Shown here piece by piece: positions 12,878-23,847 of a stretch of 64,000 bases of DNA. The position numbers and the translations under genes were made by a program. This DNA is from Vulcanimicrobiota bacterium. GTDB lineage: Bacteria; Vulcanimicrobiota; Vulcanimicrobiia; Vulcanimicrobiales; Vulcanimicrobiaceae. The DNA lies in the NCBI GenBank assembly GCA_963695225.1, contig OY968762.1, positions 352,001 through 416,000 of the forward strand, in the 5' to 3' direction. Within the stretch, counting starts at the first letter, position 1. Every line of letters begins with the position of its first letter. The notes beneath the pieces are model-generated. The model worked only from the letters and a program-made list of their open reading frames with translations, was not told where the DNA came from and ran no database searches.

Positions 12878-14025
12878 CCGCTACGGCTCTCGTCGACGAG
12901 CGGCCGGCCGCGCCAGGTTGCCGAAGATTCGAATGCAGCGCTCGAGATCCGCACGAGGGCGGGGAGATCGGCGAGCGGCGAAAGCCAGTAGGTCGCCGGC
13001 GGCGCGAGGTACGCGCGGTGCATGCCGGCCAGTACGGCGAGGCGCAGCAACAGCAGCGCGGCATTCAGTCGGAAGAGCGGGGTCTTGCGGGCCTCGTTCC
13101 CCTCGATGAGGCCCGCCGCGACGATCGTCAGCGGCAGCGCCTGCACGAGAGCGACTTCCGCGAACTGCACGCCCAAGTCGAGCTTCGACGTCGTGTCGTC
13201 GCGCAGCGGAAGGGAACGCGGCCAGTTCTGCCAGGTCTCCTCCGCGCTCGCGTACATCTCGACGAACGCGAGGTCCCCCGCTTCGAAGAAGCCGACCTGA
13301 ACGCCGCTCGCGACGAGGATTCGGGCGATCGTGAGGTCCTCGCAACGCGACGAACGCGCCGCGGCGACCGCTCCGGAACGCACGAGCGTCTCGCGCCGCG
13401 CGACGAAACATTGGCCGTTCGCCTGGACTTCCTCGGGTCGCGTCGCGACGGTTCCGGGGAGGCCCTGGCGATAGACGAGCGTCGCGAGCAGAGCCGGATG
13501 GACGATCGCATCGAGATCGTCGGCGGCGCGCTGCCGCGGGGCCGCGCTGAAGGCATCCATCGATTGGTGCCGCGCCGCGTGCTCGAGCAGCGAGGCGGTG
13601 AAGTCCGGGGCCACGCGCACGTCGGCGTCGATGAAGATCACCCATTCCGAAGCTTGGTCGCTGGCTTGGAGGCCCGCTTGCAGCCCCCAGGCCTTGCCGT
13701 TCCAATCCTCCGGTGCCCGCCCCGCGCGAACGAGGCGCAGGCGCGGGTCGCGCCGGGCGTACCGGGCGACGATATCGGTCGTTCCGTCGGTCGAACCGCC
13801 GTCGACGACGAGGATCTCTCGAACCCAAGGACCCTGTTCGAGAAGGCCTTCGAGGCACGCCGCAAGGCGTAGATGTTCGTTGAGGACCGGGACGACGACG
13901 CTCGCGGTCGCCGGCAGGGCGGGACGGTCGACGGAGACGATTCGATCGCCGGCGCCGGTGCGCAGCATGCGCAGGCCGACGCGGGAGCCAAGCAATGCTT
14001 GTCCGAGGGCGAAAAGGGTGGCCAA
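12874..14025 (-). CDS. cruG: GT2 glycosyltransferase (CruG-like carotenoid glycosyltransferase)
   Basis: VVVPVLNE, VDGGSTDGT, WNGKAWGL, IDADV, QANGQC, WQNWPRSL; coupled to cruF. Confidence 0.7.
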   Translation of the reverse strand: MATLFALGQALLGSRVGLRMLRTGAGDRIVSVDRPALPATASVVVPVLNEHLRLAACLEGLLEQGPWVREILVVDGGSTDGTTDIVARYARRDPRLRLVRAGRAPEDWNGKAWGLQAGLQASDQASEWVIFIDADVRVAPDFTASLLEHAARHQSMDAFSAAPRQRAADDLDAIVHPALLATLVYRQGLPGTVATRPEEVQANGQCFVARRETLVRSGAVAAARSSRCEDLTIARILVASGVQVGFFEAGDLAFVEMYASAEETWQNWPRSLPLRDDTTSKLDLGVQFAEVALVQALPLTIVAAGLIEGNEARKTPLFRLNAALLLLRLAVLAGMHRAYLAPPATYWLSPLADLPALVRISSAAFESSATWRGRPLVDESRSG

Positions 14026-14063
14026 TGGATTCTGGAACAGGGGACAGCCTCGCAGTCAGAGTC

Positions 14064-14996
14064 GTGAGCGTCCATAACTTTGGACCGGCGCCCTCCACTC
14101 CCTATGACGCCGCAATCGCGCGTTTTGAGCGCATACGGGAGCAAGAAGCGCTCGAGCCCGAGCTGGGTGAACCTTCTCAGCTGCTCGCGCACGAGCGGCC
14201 CACGCCGAAAGCCTTCGTTCTCATCCACGGTTTGACGGCGAGTCCGCCGCAGGTCGCGGCGATCGCGGACCGCCTGTTCGAACGCGGTGCGAACGTTTTC
14301 ATCCCGCGGCTGCCGCGCCACGGCTACGCCGATCGCATGAGCAGGGCGCTCGCGGACCTGGAGGCCGCGGAATTGACGGCGTTCGGAGCAGACGTCGCGT
14401 CGATCGGCGCAGGCCTCGGCGAACGCGTGACGATCGCCGGCTTCTCCGTCGGCGGGCTCATCGCCATGTGGATCGCGCAGCACTATCCCTTCGACCGGGC
14501 CGTGGCGATCGCGCCGTTCTTCGGAACGCGTTGGGTCCCGCACCGCTTGGCGCCGAACGTGATGCGCGCCGTCCTCGCGCTTCCGAACGCGTTCCTGTGG
14601 TGGAACCCGATCCTGCGCGAACGGCACGGTCCGAGCCACGGCTATCCGCGCTTCGCCACGCACGCCGTCGCGCGCGTCTACTCGCTCGTCTTCGAGCTGT
14701 TCGAAGACGCGCGCCGGCAGGCGCCTGCGACGCCCAACATCCTTTTCGTGCTGAACGCGAGCGAGATGACCGTGCACAACCGCAACGTGCGCCGCCTGGC
14801 GCACGCCTGGCGCACGCGCGGCAGCGCGAACGTCGCCGTCCACGTCTTACGCGGCCTGCCGCCCTCCCACGACATCGTCGAACCCCTCGGCAGCCCCCGC
14901 CTAGCCCGCCGCGTCCTCCCAACAATAGTAGCCCTCCTCGATCCCGAACCCACACCCTCATCGCCGCCGGCTACACCTCGCCGTCTTCATTGCTAG
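14064..14996 (+). CDS. Alpha/beta hydrolase (esterase-like); start uncertain
   Basis: LIHGLTASP, PRLPRHG, GFSVG nucleophile elbow, C-terminal HD. Confidence 0.75.
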   Translation: MSVHNFGPAPSTPYDAAIARFERIREQEALEPELGEPSQLLAHERPTPKAFVLIHGLTASPPQVAAIADRLFERGANVFIPRLPRHGYADRMSRALADLEAAELTAFGADVASIGAGLGERVTIAGFSVGGLIAMWIAQHYPFDRAVAIAPFFGTRWVPHRLAPNVMRAVLALPNAFLWWNPILRERHGPSHGYPRFATHAVARVYSLVFELFEDARRQAPATPNILFVLNASEMTVHNRNVRRLAHAWRTRGSANVAVHVLRGLPPSHDIVEPLGSPRLARRVLPTIVALLDPEPTPSSPPATPRRLHC

Positions 14997-15009
14997 GAGC
15001 CATCCCATC

Positions 15010-16710
15010 ATGCGTTCCCGTCGTTCGCGAATCGCGCGCCGCACGATGCGCGCCATGCCGTTCGCCGGAGTCATAGCCGCCGTCGTCTTCGCATGTGCCG
15101 CCGCGAGCCTGCTCGCCGGCTGCACGAAGGTCTCCTCGACGGATACCACTGCGGCGGCGAGCTCGAACCCCTGGACGAAGCACGGAACGCTGCGAATCGC
15201 AGGCCTTTCCGAGCCCGATTCGCTCAACCCGATCGTCGGGAACCAGCAGATCGATACCGACCTCTCGATGTTCTGGGGCGGCTATCTCTTCAACTGGAGC
15301 GACCGCGACGAATTCGTCCCCGAACTCGCGACGGACGTGCCCACGCTCGAAAATGGCGGCATCTCGAAGGACGGCAAGACGATCGTCTACCATCTCCGCC
15401 GTGGCGTGAAATGGCACGACGGCGCGCCCTTCGGCGCCGACGACGTGATCTTCACCTACCACGCGGTGATGAATCCGAAGAACAACATCCCGAGCCGCTC
15501 CGGCTACGACCTGATCGCGTCCATCGAGAAGCGAGACGATGCCACGCTCGCGGTCCACCTCAAGAAGGCCTGGTCGCCGTTCGTCTCCTCGTTCTTCACG
15601 ATGTCCTCGACCTCGTACGCAATCTTGCCGAAACACGTGCTCGAAAAAGAGCCCGACCTCAATCGCGTCGCCTTCAACACGAAGCCGGTCGGCACGGGGC
15701 CCTTCATCGTCGATCGCTGGCAGCGCGGCTCGCACCTCGTTTTCCGGGCGAATCCCAACTATTGGCGCGGCCGCCCGAAGCTCGATCGCATCGAATACGA
15801 AACCGTCCCGGACGAGAACACGATCCTCACGCAGCTTCGCGCGCACGAGACGGATCTGGAGTTCAACGCGCCGACGACGCAGTACCCGAGCCTCACCGGC
15901 ATTCCGGGCGTCAAGGTCACGCTCACGCCGTTCACGTCCTACACGCAGATCGCGTTCAACCTCAAGCGCCCGCTCGTCGCCGACGTCCGCGTGCGCCGCG
16001 CGCTCCGCTACGCGACCGATACGAAGACGCTCATCGAGAAGGTCGCGCACGGCGTCGCCATCCCCGGCGATTCGGACCAGCCGCCGTTCTCCTGGGCGCA
16101 CAACGGCCATCTGCCGCAATTCGCGTTCGATCCGGCGAAGGCGCGCGCGCTGCTCGACGACGCCGGCTGGCGCCTCGGGCCCGACGGCGTCCGGGTCAAG
16201 GACGGGCGGCGGCTCTCATTATTGCTCACGAGCGCCGGCGGCTCGGCGACCGGTAAAGCGACGGCGATCCTCCTGCAGAGCTGGTGGCACGACGTCGGCG
16301 TCGAGACTCAAGTGAAGGATTACCAGACGGCGCTCTATTTCGCGACGTACGGGGAAGGCGGGATCGTGCAGACCGGCAAGTTCGACGTCGCGCTCTACGC
16401 CTGGATCAACGGGGTCGACCCGGATGACTCGACGCAGTTCATGTGCGACCAATTCCCGCCCGCGGGGCAGAACACGAACTGGTGGTGCAACCGCGAGGTC
16501 GACCGCGCCGAAGCGGCCGCGCTTGCCGCAAACGACCGCGCCGTCCGCAAAGCCGCCTACGACCGCATCCAGGAGCTCATGGTCGAAGACGTCCCGTTCA
16601 TCACCCAGTGGTTCTCGCGCCGCGTCGACGCCTTCAACACCGACCTGAAGAGCTATCGCCCCGCCCACGCCGTCACGAACTTCTGGAACTCCTGGGAGTG
16701 GGAGATCTAA
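15010..16710 (+). CDS. Peptide ABC transporter substrate-binding lipoprotein (family 5)
   Basis: LLAGC lipobox, EPDSLNP, LRRGVKWHDG, PVGTGPF; no adjacent permease. Confidence 0.9.
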   Translation: MRSRRSRIARRTMRAMPFAGVIAAVVFACAAASLLAGCTKVSSTDTTAAASSNPWTKHGTLRIAGLSEPDSLNPIVGNQQIDTDLSMFWGGYLFNWSDRDEFVPELATDVPTLENGGISKDGKTIVYHLRRGVKWHDGAPFGADDVIFTYHAVMNPKNNIPSRSGYDLIASIEKRDDATLAVHLKKAWSPFVSSFFTMSSTSYAILPKHVLEKEPDLNRVAFNTKPVGTGPFIVDRWQRGSHLVFRANPNYWRGRPKLDRIEYETVPDENTILTQLRAHETDLEFNAPTTQYPSLTGIPGVKVTLTPFTSYTQIAFNLKRPLVADVRVRRALRYATDTKTLIEKVAHGVAIPGDSDQPPFSWAHNGHLPQFAFDPAKARALLDDAGWRLGPDGVRVKDGRRLSLLLTSAGGSATGKATAILLQSWWHDVGVETQVKDYQTALYFATYGEGGIVQTGKFDVALYAWINGVDPDDSTQFMCDQFPPAGQNTNWWCNREVDRAEAAALAANDRAVRKAAYDRIQELMVEDVPFITQWFSRRVDAFNTDLKSYRPAHAVTNFWNSWEWEI

Positions 16711-16810
16711 CCTCGACTCAAGCGCGGAGCCGGTCGCAGCAGTGTGATGCGGCGTACAGCATCCCGGGAACGCCTGCCGAGACGCTTGCGTTGCCGATAC
16801 CTGGGATATT

Positions 16811-18480
16811 ATGGCGGATTGTGTGCCCGGGAGGTTTTCCTTGACAGCCCTCGACGCCGTGCTCGATGCCCTGCTCGAGGACGATCCGCCGCCGCATGTC
16901 GTCGCGATAGACGAGAAGGGCTTTCTCGTCCCCCTGCCGCCGTCCGTGCCGGTCCAGGAAGGCCGCCTGATCGAGGGACGAACGTCGGCTCTCGATCTCT
17001 TCATCGCAGCGGACGCTCAGGCGGTCATCGAGTGCTGGGAGTGCGCGCTCCGGGTCGGCCTATCGAACGAGAGGGTCCATCTCCTCGGTAACCCGAGCGA
17101 TCCCGTCACGCTGCATTTCGTCGATGCGCGACACCGCTACGGCGTTCTTCTTGCTCTCCTCGTGGGCGTCAGGGCGACGGGCGCCCTCAGGGCGGGGGAC
17201 GCGGGCGGGCTTCGGCCGCGCGTCTGGACGGCGAAGAAGAACAAACTCGCCGTCATCACCGAGGTGGATCCGGCGGTCCGCGAGATCCTCGGCTGGGATC
17301 CCGCGGAGATGATCGGCCGCCGGTCGCTCGAGTTCATCCACCCCGACGATCAGCCGCGCGCGATCTCGAATTTCCTCGCCATGCTGTCCTCGCGGAGCGG
17401 CGCGCATCGCGTTCGTTTGAGGCATAGGCACCGCAACGGCTCCTGGGTCTGGTTCGAATTCAGCAACGAAAACCTCTTGGACGATCCCGCGCAGCGTTGC
17501 GTTCGCTCCGAGATGGTGAACGTCTCGGATGAGATGGCGGCGCTCGAAGCGTTGCGTTCGAGCGAGCAACTCCTGCGCCGGCTCGCGGAAGCGCTGCCGC
17601 TCGGCGTCGTGCAGATCGACGGCGCCGGACGCGTGATCTATCGCAATCGGCGCCTCGGGACGATCGTCGGTAATGAATTCGCGACGACGATCGAGGAGCA
17701 ACTCGCCGGCGTGATCCCGGCCGATGGCGAGACCTTGACGAAAGCGCTGCGTGCCGTCAGCGACGAGGGTCAGGACGGCGACATCGAGGTCACGCTGAGC
17801 CGGGACGGCGACGTTCGCTGTTGCAGCGTGAGTTTGCGGGCGCTCAAGAGCGAGAGGGGCGAGCCCAGCGGCGCCATCATCTGCATCGCCGACATCACGG
17901 AACGGACGCGGATGCGCGAGGAACTCGAAGTCCGCGCTACCTACGACGCGCTCACCGGGTGCCACAACCGGGCATCGATCCTCGCCGTCCTCGAGCGAAC
18001 GATTCTGGAGGCGCGGTCCGCCGGCGGTTGTGGTCCGGCAGTTCTGTTCCGGCAGTTCTGTTCGTCGACTTGGATCAGTTCAAAGACGTCAACGACCGCT
18101 GGGGCCACGTCGCCGGCGACGAACTCCTGCGCCGGGTGAGCGAGCGTCTGATGGCCAGCGCGCGGAGCACCGACGTCGTGGGCAGATTCGGGGGCGACGA
18201 GTTCCTGATCGTGTGTCCGCGCGTCGCCGGCGTGGCGCAGGCGCTCGCGATCGGCGAACGCGTCGCCGCCGCACTCAGCGCGTCTATCGAACTCGGCGCG
18301 GCACAAATAGCGCAGAAGGCGAGCATCGGCGTCGCCTGGGTCAAAATTCCGGCGGATGCGGAGGCGCTGGTCGCGGCTGCGGACGCGGCGATGTACGATT
18401 CGAAGCGGGAAGCGCGAGGGCGCCCCGTCGTCGTCCACGCGGTGCCGCGCCCTTCTCCCCGGCTCCCGCAACCGGCCTGA
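16811..18480 (+). pseudogene. PAS-PAS-GGDEF diguanylate cyclase with a frameshift
   Basis: PAS motifs (EFIHPDD) and DALTGCHNR in one frame; VDLDQFKDVNDRWGHVAGD and GGDEF in another; frames switch at a 14-bp duplication. Confidence 0.9.
18034..18061 (+). repeat. Perfect 14-bp tandem duplication TCCGGCAGTTCTGT x2
   Basis: Read directly from the sequence. Confidence 0.95.
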
Positions 18481-18565
18481 CCGCAAGCCCTGCGGCCGCG
18501 GCCGATCGTCCGGGCCGCGATCGCGCCGTGCATCGGCATGCTGCCTGACCCGCCCGCGCCCTGCG

Positions 18566-18595
18566 GCGGCTATGCCACGCTGTTGGCATAGCCGC
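18566..18595. repeat. Perfect 12-bp inverted repeat (operator or terminator)
   Basis: GCGGCTATGCCA-cgctgt-TGGCATAGCCGC. Confidence 0.7.
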
Positions 18596-18646
18596 GTCGT
18601 AGCCTAGTCTCGAGGGCCGGGAACCGGTCCGAAACGAGGACGGCCG

Positions 18647-18802
18647 ATGTACGAGATTGCGAATGTGGAACCGGTCCTGCGCCCGGTGGCGCCGGACGGC
18701 ACGATCGAACCGGGGGACGCGGTTTCCGAGGAGACGCGCTTCGGCCTCACCCCGCTCGGAGAGGCGTTCGTGGCGGGCTACCTAGCTCGCCGGTCACCCT
18801 GA
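18647..18802 (+). CDS. Small hypothetical protein, 51 aa
   Basis: GAGGA SD 6 nt before ATG; MYEIANVEPVLRPVAPDGTIEPGDAVSEETRFGLTPLGEAFVAGYLARRSP. Confidence 0.55.
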   Translation: MYEIANVEPVLRPVAPDGTIEPGDAVSEETRFGLTPLGEAFVAGYLARRSP

Positions 18803-18815
18803 ACTCGTCGAAGGG
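18793..18815 (+). repeat. REP-like short repeat (TCACCCTGAGxxxGTCGAAGGG family)
   Basis: Similar copies at 23311, 23350, 32650, 32695 and 61541. Confidence 0.65.
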
Positions 18816-18828
18816 CGGCGAGTTCGCA

Positions 18829-18858
18829 TTGACGGTCGCCGTTCGTCCTTGCTATACT
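18829..18858 (+). promoter_or_regulatory. Promoter of the str operon
   Basis: TTGACG-18-TATACT with extended TG. Confidence 0.75.
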
Positions 18859-18941
18859 CCTGAGGTTCCGGCCCACCGGCGTGGTGGGGCCGGTTTTGTG
18901 TGCGCGTCCCATTTGGGGCCGCCGGTGAACCGGGAGACTGC

Positions 18942-19379
18942 GTGCCGACCATTAGCCAACTCGTCCGTAAAGGGCGCCAGAAGATCGAGAAAAAGGTGAA
19001 AGCACCTGCCCTGCGCGTCGCGCAGACGGGGCCGAAGCCGGGTCATCCCGACCTGCCCTTGCGCACGTTCGAGGTGACGGGGAATCCGTTCCGGCGCGGC
19101 GTGTGCACGCAAGTCAAGACGGTCACCCCCAAGAAGCCGAACTCGGCGCTCCGTAAGGTCGCGCGCGTGCGCTTGACCAACGGCGAAGAGGTCACGGCCT
19201 ACATCCCCGGCGTCGGCCACAACCTGCAGGAGCACAGCGTCGTGCTGATCCGCGGCGGCCGCGTCAAGGATCTCCCCGGTATTCGTTATCACATCGTCCG
19301 CGGTACGCTCGATACCTCGGGCGTCGCCAATCGCAAGCAAGGCCGCTCGAAATACGGCGCCAAGCGCGGTAAGAAGTAG
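18942..19379 (+). CDS. rpsL: 30S ribosomal protein S12
   Basis: [31 protein letters not shown] start with GGGAG. Confidence 0.99.
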   Translation: MPTISQLVRKGRQKIEKKVKAPALRVAQTGPKPGHPDLPLRTFEVTGNPFRRGVCTQVKTVTPKKPNSALRKVARVRLTNGEEVTAYIPGVGHNLQEHSVVLIRGGRVKDLPGIRYHIVRGTLDTSGVANRKQGRSKYGAKRGKK

Positions 19380-19394
19380 AGCGGAGGATCATCG

Positions 19395-19865
19395 ATGCCA
19401 CGTAAAGGTGCAGTTCCCAAGCGGCAGATTCTGCCGGACCCGCGTTTCAACTCGAAAGTTCTGGCTCGCTTCATCAATAAGGTGATGCTGGCGGGCAAGA
19501 AGTCGGTCGCCGAGCGGATCACGTACGATGCGCTCGCGATCGTGCAAGAGAAGCTGGGGCGCGATCCGATGGACATCTTCACGCAGGCGCTCGGCAACGC
19601 GATGCCGCTCGTCGAAGTGCGCCCCCGCCGCGTCGGCGGTGCGACCTATCAGGTCCCGATGGAAGTTCGGCCGGACCGTCGCCAGGCGATGGCGATGCGC
19701 TGGCTGATCAACTTCGCGCGCAAGCGTCCCGGCCGCTCGATGGAAGAGAAGCTTGCGAACGAGTTGATGGACGCGGCGAACAACGTCGGCGCGACGATCA
19801 AGAAGCGCGAAGACACGCACAAGATGGCCGACGCCAACAAAGCCTTCGCCCATTACCGTTGGTGA
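19395..19865 (+). CDS. rpsG: 30S ribosomal protein S7
   Basis: [21 protein letters not shown]. Confidence 0.99.
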   Translation: MPRKGAVPKRQILPDPRFNSKVLARFINKVMLAGKKSVAERITYDALAIVQEKLGRDPMDIFTQALGNAMPLVEVRPRRVGGATYQVPMEVRPDRRQAMAMRWLINFARKRPGRSMEEKLANELMDAANNVGATIKKREDTHKMADANKAFAHYRW

Positions 19866-19871
19866 CCTGAG

Positions 19872-21968
19872 ATGGCTTTGAGAGAGTATCCGCTCGCTCG
19901 GACTCGCAACATCGGCATCGCCGCGCACATCGACGCGGGGAAGACGACGGCGACCGAGCGCATCCTGTTCTACACTGGCCGGACCCATAAGATCGGCGAA
20001 GTCCACGACGGCGCCGCGACGATGGACTGGATGGTGCAGGAGCAGGAACGCGGCATCACGATCACGTCGGCCGCCACGGCGTGCACCTGGCGCGACACGC
20101 GGATCAACATCATTGATACGCCAGGCCACGTGGACTTCACCGTCGAGGTCGAACGCTCGCTGCGCGTCCTCGACGGCCTCGTCGCGCTCTTCGACTCGGT
20201 CGCCGCCGTGCAGCCCCAATCGGAAACCGTCTGGCGCCAGGCGAACAAGTACAAAGTCCCTCGGATCATCTTCGTCAACAAGATGGACCGCATGGGGGCC
20301 GACTTCTTCAATTGCGTCGCGAAGATCCGCGAACGCCTCGGCGCGCGCGCCGTTCCGATCCAGGTGCCGATCGGCGCCGAGGATCAGTTCCAGGGCGTCG
20401 TCGACCTGTTCACGATGACCCGCGTCGTCTACACGGACGATCTGGGCTCCACGATGGCGAAGCCCGAACCCGTCGAGGGCGATCTGAAGGAAGTCGCCGA
20501 GAAGTGGCGCTTGGAGCTGATCGAGGCGATCGCCGAGCAAGACGATGCGCTCCTCGAGATGTACTTTGCGGGCGAAGAGATCCCGATCGACCGGCTCAAG
20601 ACGGCGCTGCGCAAGGCGACGATCGCGGGCGACGTCCTCCCGATGCTCTGCGGTTCGGCCTTCAAGAACAAGGGCGTCCAGCCGTTGCTCGACGCGGTCG
20701 TCGATTTCTTGCCCTCGCCGCTCGAAGCGAAGCCGATCACCGGCATCGATCCGAAAACGGAACTCCAGATCGAGCGCAAGCCCGAGGACAACGAGCCGTT
20801 CGCGGCGCTCGCGTTCAAGATCGCGACCGATCCGTACGGCAACCTGACGTATTTCCGCGTGTACTCGGGGACGCTCGAGAAGGGCTCGTACGTCTATAAC
20901 GCGCGCTCGGGGCGCAAGGAGCGCATCGGGCGCATCCTGCGCATGCACGCGAACCATCGCGAAGATATCGATGCGATCGGCGCCGGCGACATCGCCGCGG
21001 CCGTCGGCCTGAGCGATACCCGCACGGGCGACACGCTGTGCGACGAAAAGCAGCCGATCATCCTCGAGAACATCGTCTTCCCTGAACCGGTCATCTTCCA
21101 GGCGATCGAGCCGAAGACGAAGGCCGACCAGGATAAGCTCGGGACGGCCCTCTCGCGCCTCGCGCAAGAAGACCCGACGTTCCGCATGCGGACCGACGAA
21201 GAGACCCAGCAGACGATCATCGGCGGCATGGGCGAACTGCACTTGGAGATCATCATCGATCGCCTCAAGCGCGAGTTCAAGGTCGAAGCGAACGTCGGCA
21301 AGCCGCAGGTCGCCTACAAGGAAGCGATCACCAAGCAAGTCGAGAAGCAGGGCAAGTTCGTCCGGCAGACCGGCGGCAAAGGCCAGTACGGCGACGTGTG
21401 GCTGCGCTTGGAACCGGCCGACACGAACGCCGGCTACATCTTCGAATGGAAAGTCGTCGGCGGAACGATCCCCAAAGAGTTTCAGAAGCCGATCCAGGAA
21501 GGGATCCGCGAGGCCGCGCTCAGCGGAACCCTCGCGGGATACCCGGTCCTCGACTTCAAGGCGACCGTCTTCGACGGCAGCTTCCACGACGTCGACTCGT
21601 CGGAGATGGCGTTCAAGATCGCGGGCTCGATGGCGTTCAAGGAAGCGAACCGCGCCGCCGGTCCGATCTTGCTCGAACCGATCATGAAGGTCGAAGTGAC
21701 GACGCCCCGGGATTACCTCGGCGCGATCAACGGAGATCTCAACCGGCGGCGCGGGATGATCCACGCCACCGAGGATGCTCCGGGCGGCGCGCAGGTGATC
21801 ACCGCGAACGTCCCGCTTTCCGAGATGTTCGGGTATGCGACGGACATGCGTTCGGCGACGCAAGGCCGGGCGACGTACACGATGGAGTTCAGCCACTACG
21901 AGAAAGCGCCGAAGAACGTGACCGACGAGATCATCGCCAAGGCGCAAGGCAAGAAACCCGCGGCGTAA
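19872..21968 (+). CDS. fusA: Elongation factor G
   Basis: [26 protein letters not shown]. Confidence 0.99.
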   Translation: MALREYPLARTRNIGIAAHIDAGKTTATERILFYTGRTHKIGEVHDGAATMDWMVQEQERGITITSAATACTWRDTRINIIDTPGHVDFTVEVERSLRVLDGLVALFDSVAAVQPQSETVWRQANKYKVPRIIFVNKMDRMGADFFNCVAKIRERLGARAVPIQVPIGAEDQFQGVVDLFTMTRVVYTDDLGSTMAKPEPVEGDLKEVAEKWRLELIEAIAEQDDALLEMYFAGEEIPIDRLKTALRKATIAGDVLPMLCGSAFKNKGVQPLLDAVVDFLPSPLEAKPITGIDPKTELQIERKPEDNEPFAALAFKIATDPYGNLTYFRVYSGTLEKGSYVYNARSGRKERIGRILRMHANHREDIDAIGAGDIAAAVGLSDTRTGDTLCDEKQPIILENIVFPEPVIFQAIEPKTKADQDKLGTALSRLAQEDPTFRMRTDEETQQTIIGGMGELHLEIIIDRLKREFKVEANVGKPQVAYKEAITKQVEKQGKFVRQTGGKGQYGDVWLRLEPADTNAGYIFEWKVVGGTIPKEFQKPIQEGIREAALSGTLAGYPVLDFKATVFDGSFHDVDSSEMAFKIAGSMAFKEANRAAGPILLEPIMKVEVTTPRDYLGAINGDLNRRRGMIHATEDAPGGAQVITANVPLSEMFGYATDMRSATQGRATYTMEFSHYEKAPKNVTDEIIAKAQGKKPAA

Positions 21969-22086
21969 CTGCAACCGCCGCCCCACACGAAGAAGCGCTG
22001 ACGACGATTATAGCGCGGGGGTTCGTCAGCATAACAACTCGCGCAGTGATCCCAACCGGGTGAGAGTAAGGAAGTAACGCAAGAAG

Positions 22087-23292
<1,206 letters not shown>

Positions 23293-23310
23293 TCACCTCA
23301 CCCCCAAATC

Positions 23311-23416
23311 CTCACCCGGAGCCCGTCGAAGGGCGAGCCCGCCGCCAACGTCACCCTGAGCCTCTCGATGGGCAAGCCTTCAGCTCAGGATGACGCGGCG
23401 GCCGGATCGGGATGAC
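23311..23416. repeat. Cluster of REP-like repeats downstream of tuf
   Basis: CTCACCCGGAGCCCGTCGAAGGG, GTCACCCTGAGCCTCTCGATGGG, and inverted GCTCAGGATGAC. Confidence 0.65.
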
Positions 23417-23443
23417 GGGGCGCAACCCATCGGGTAGCGAGGT

Positions 23444-23472
23444 TAGACAGAATCCTCGGCGCGCAGTATACT
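23444..23472 (+). promoter_or_regulatory. Promoter of rpsJ
   Basis: TAGACA-17-TATACT. Confidence 0.7.
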
Positions 23473-23538
23473 GACCTTTAGTTCTTTGACAATCGACGAT
23501 GACGGCTCGGCCGGACGCAAGAGAAAGTTTGATTCACT

Positions 23539-23847
23539 ATGGCTAAACAGAAGATTCGCATCCGCCTGAAGGCGTACGATCACAAGATTCTCGACCAATC
23601 CGCCGAGCGCATCGTCGAGACCGCGAAGCGGACGGGAGCGTTCGTCAGCGGCCCTGTTCCCCTGCCCACCGAGATCAATCGGTTCTGCGTGAACCGTTCG
23701 CCTCACGTCGATAAGAAGAGCCGCGAGCATTTCGAGATGCGCACGCACAAGCGGCTGATCGATATCCTCCAAGCCTCGCCGAAGACGATGGATGCATTGA
23801 TGCATCTCGACCTTCCGGCCGGCGTCGATATCGAACTGAAGGCTTAG
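23539..23847 (+). CDS. rpsJ: 30S ribosomal protein S10
   Basis: [30 protein letters not shown]. Confidence 0.99.
   Translation: MAKQKIRIRLKAYDHKILDQSAERIVETAKRTGAFVSGPVPLPTEINRFCVNRSPHVDKKSREHFEMRTHKRLIDILQASPKTMDALMHLDLPAGVDIELKA

Noticed and set aside
18584..18600. TGGCAT as a sigma54 -24 box
   Set aside because: No TTGC -12 element at the required spacing; better explained as a palindrome arm.
19389..21986. Long antisense or alternate-frame ORFs (also 5474-7111, 29082-31298, 55668-58343 and many others)
   Set aside because: They shadow clear genes, lack family motifs and are expected from high-GC codon bias.
22046..22077. Chain of tiny GTG ORFs in the fusA-tuf spacer
   Set aside because: Not anchored to the fusA stop and ends 9 nt before tuf; consistent with chance.
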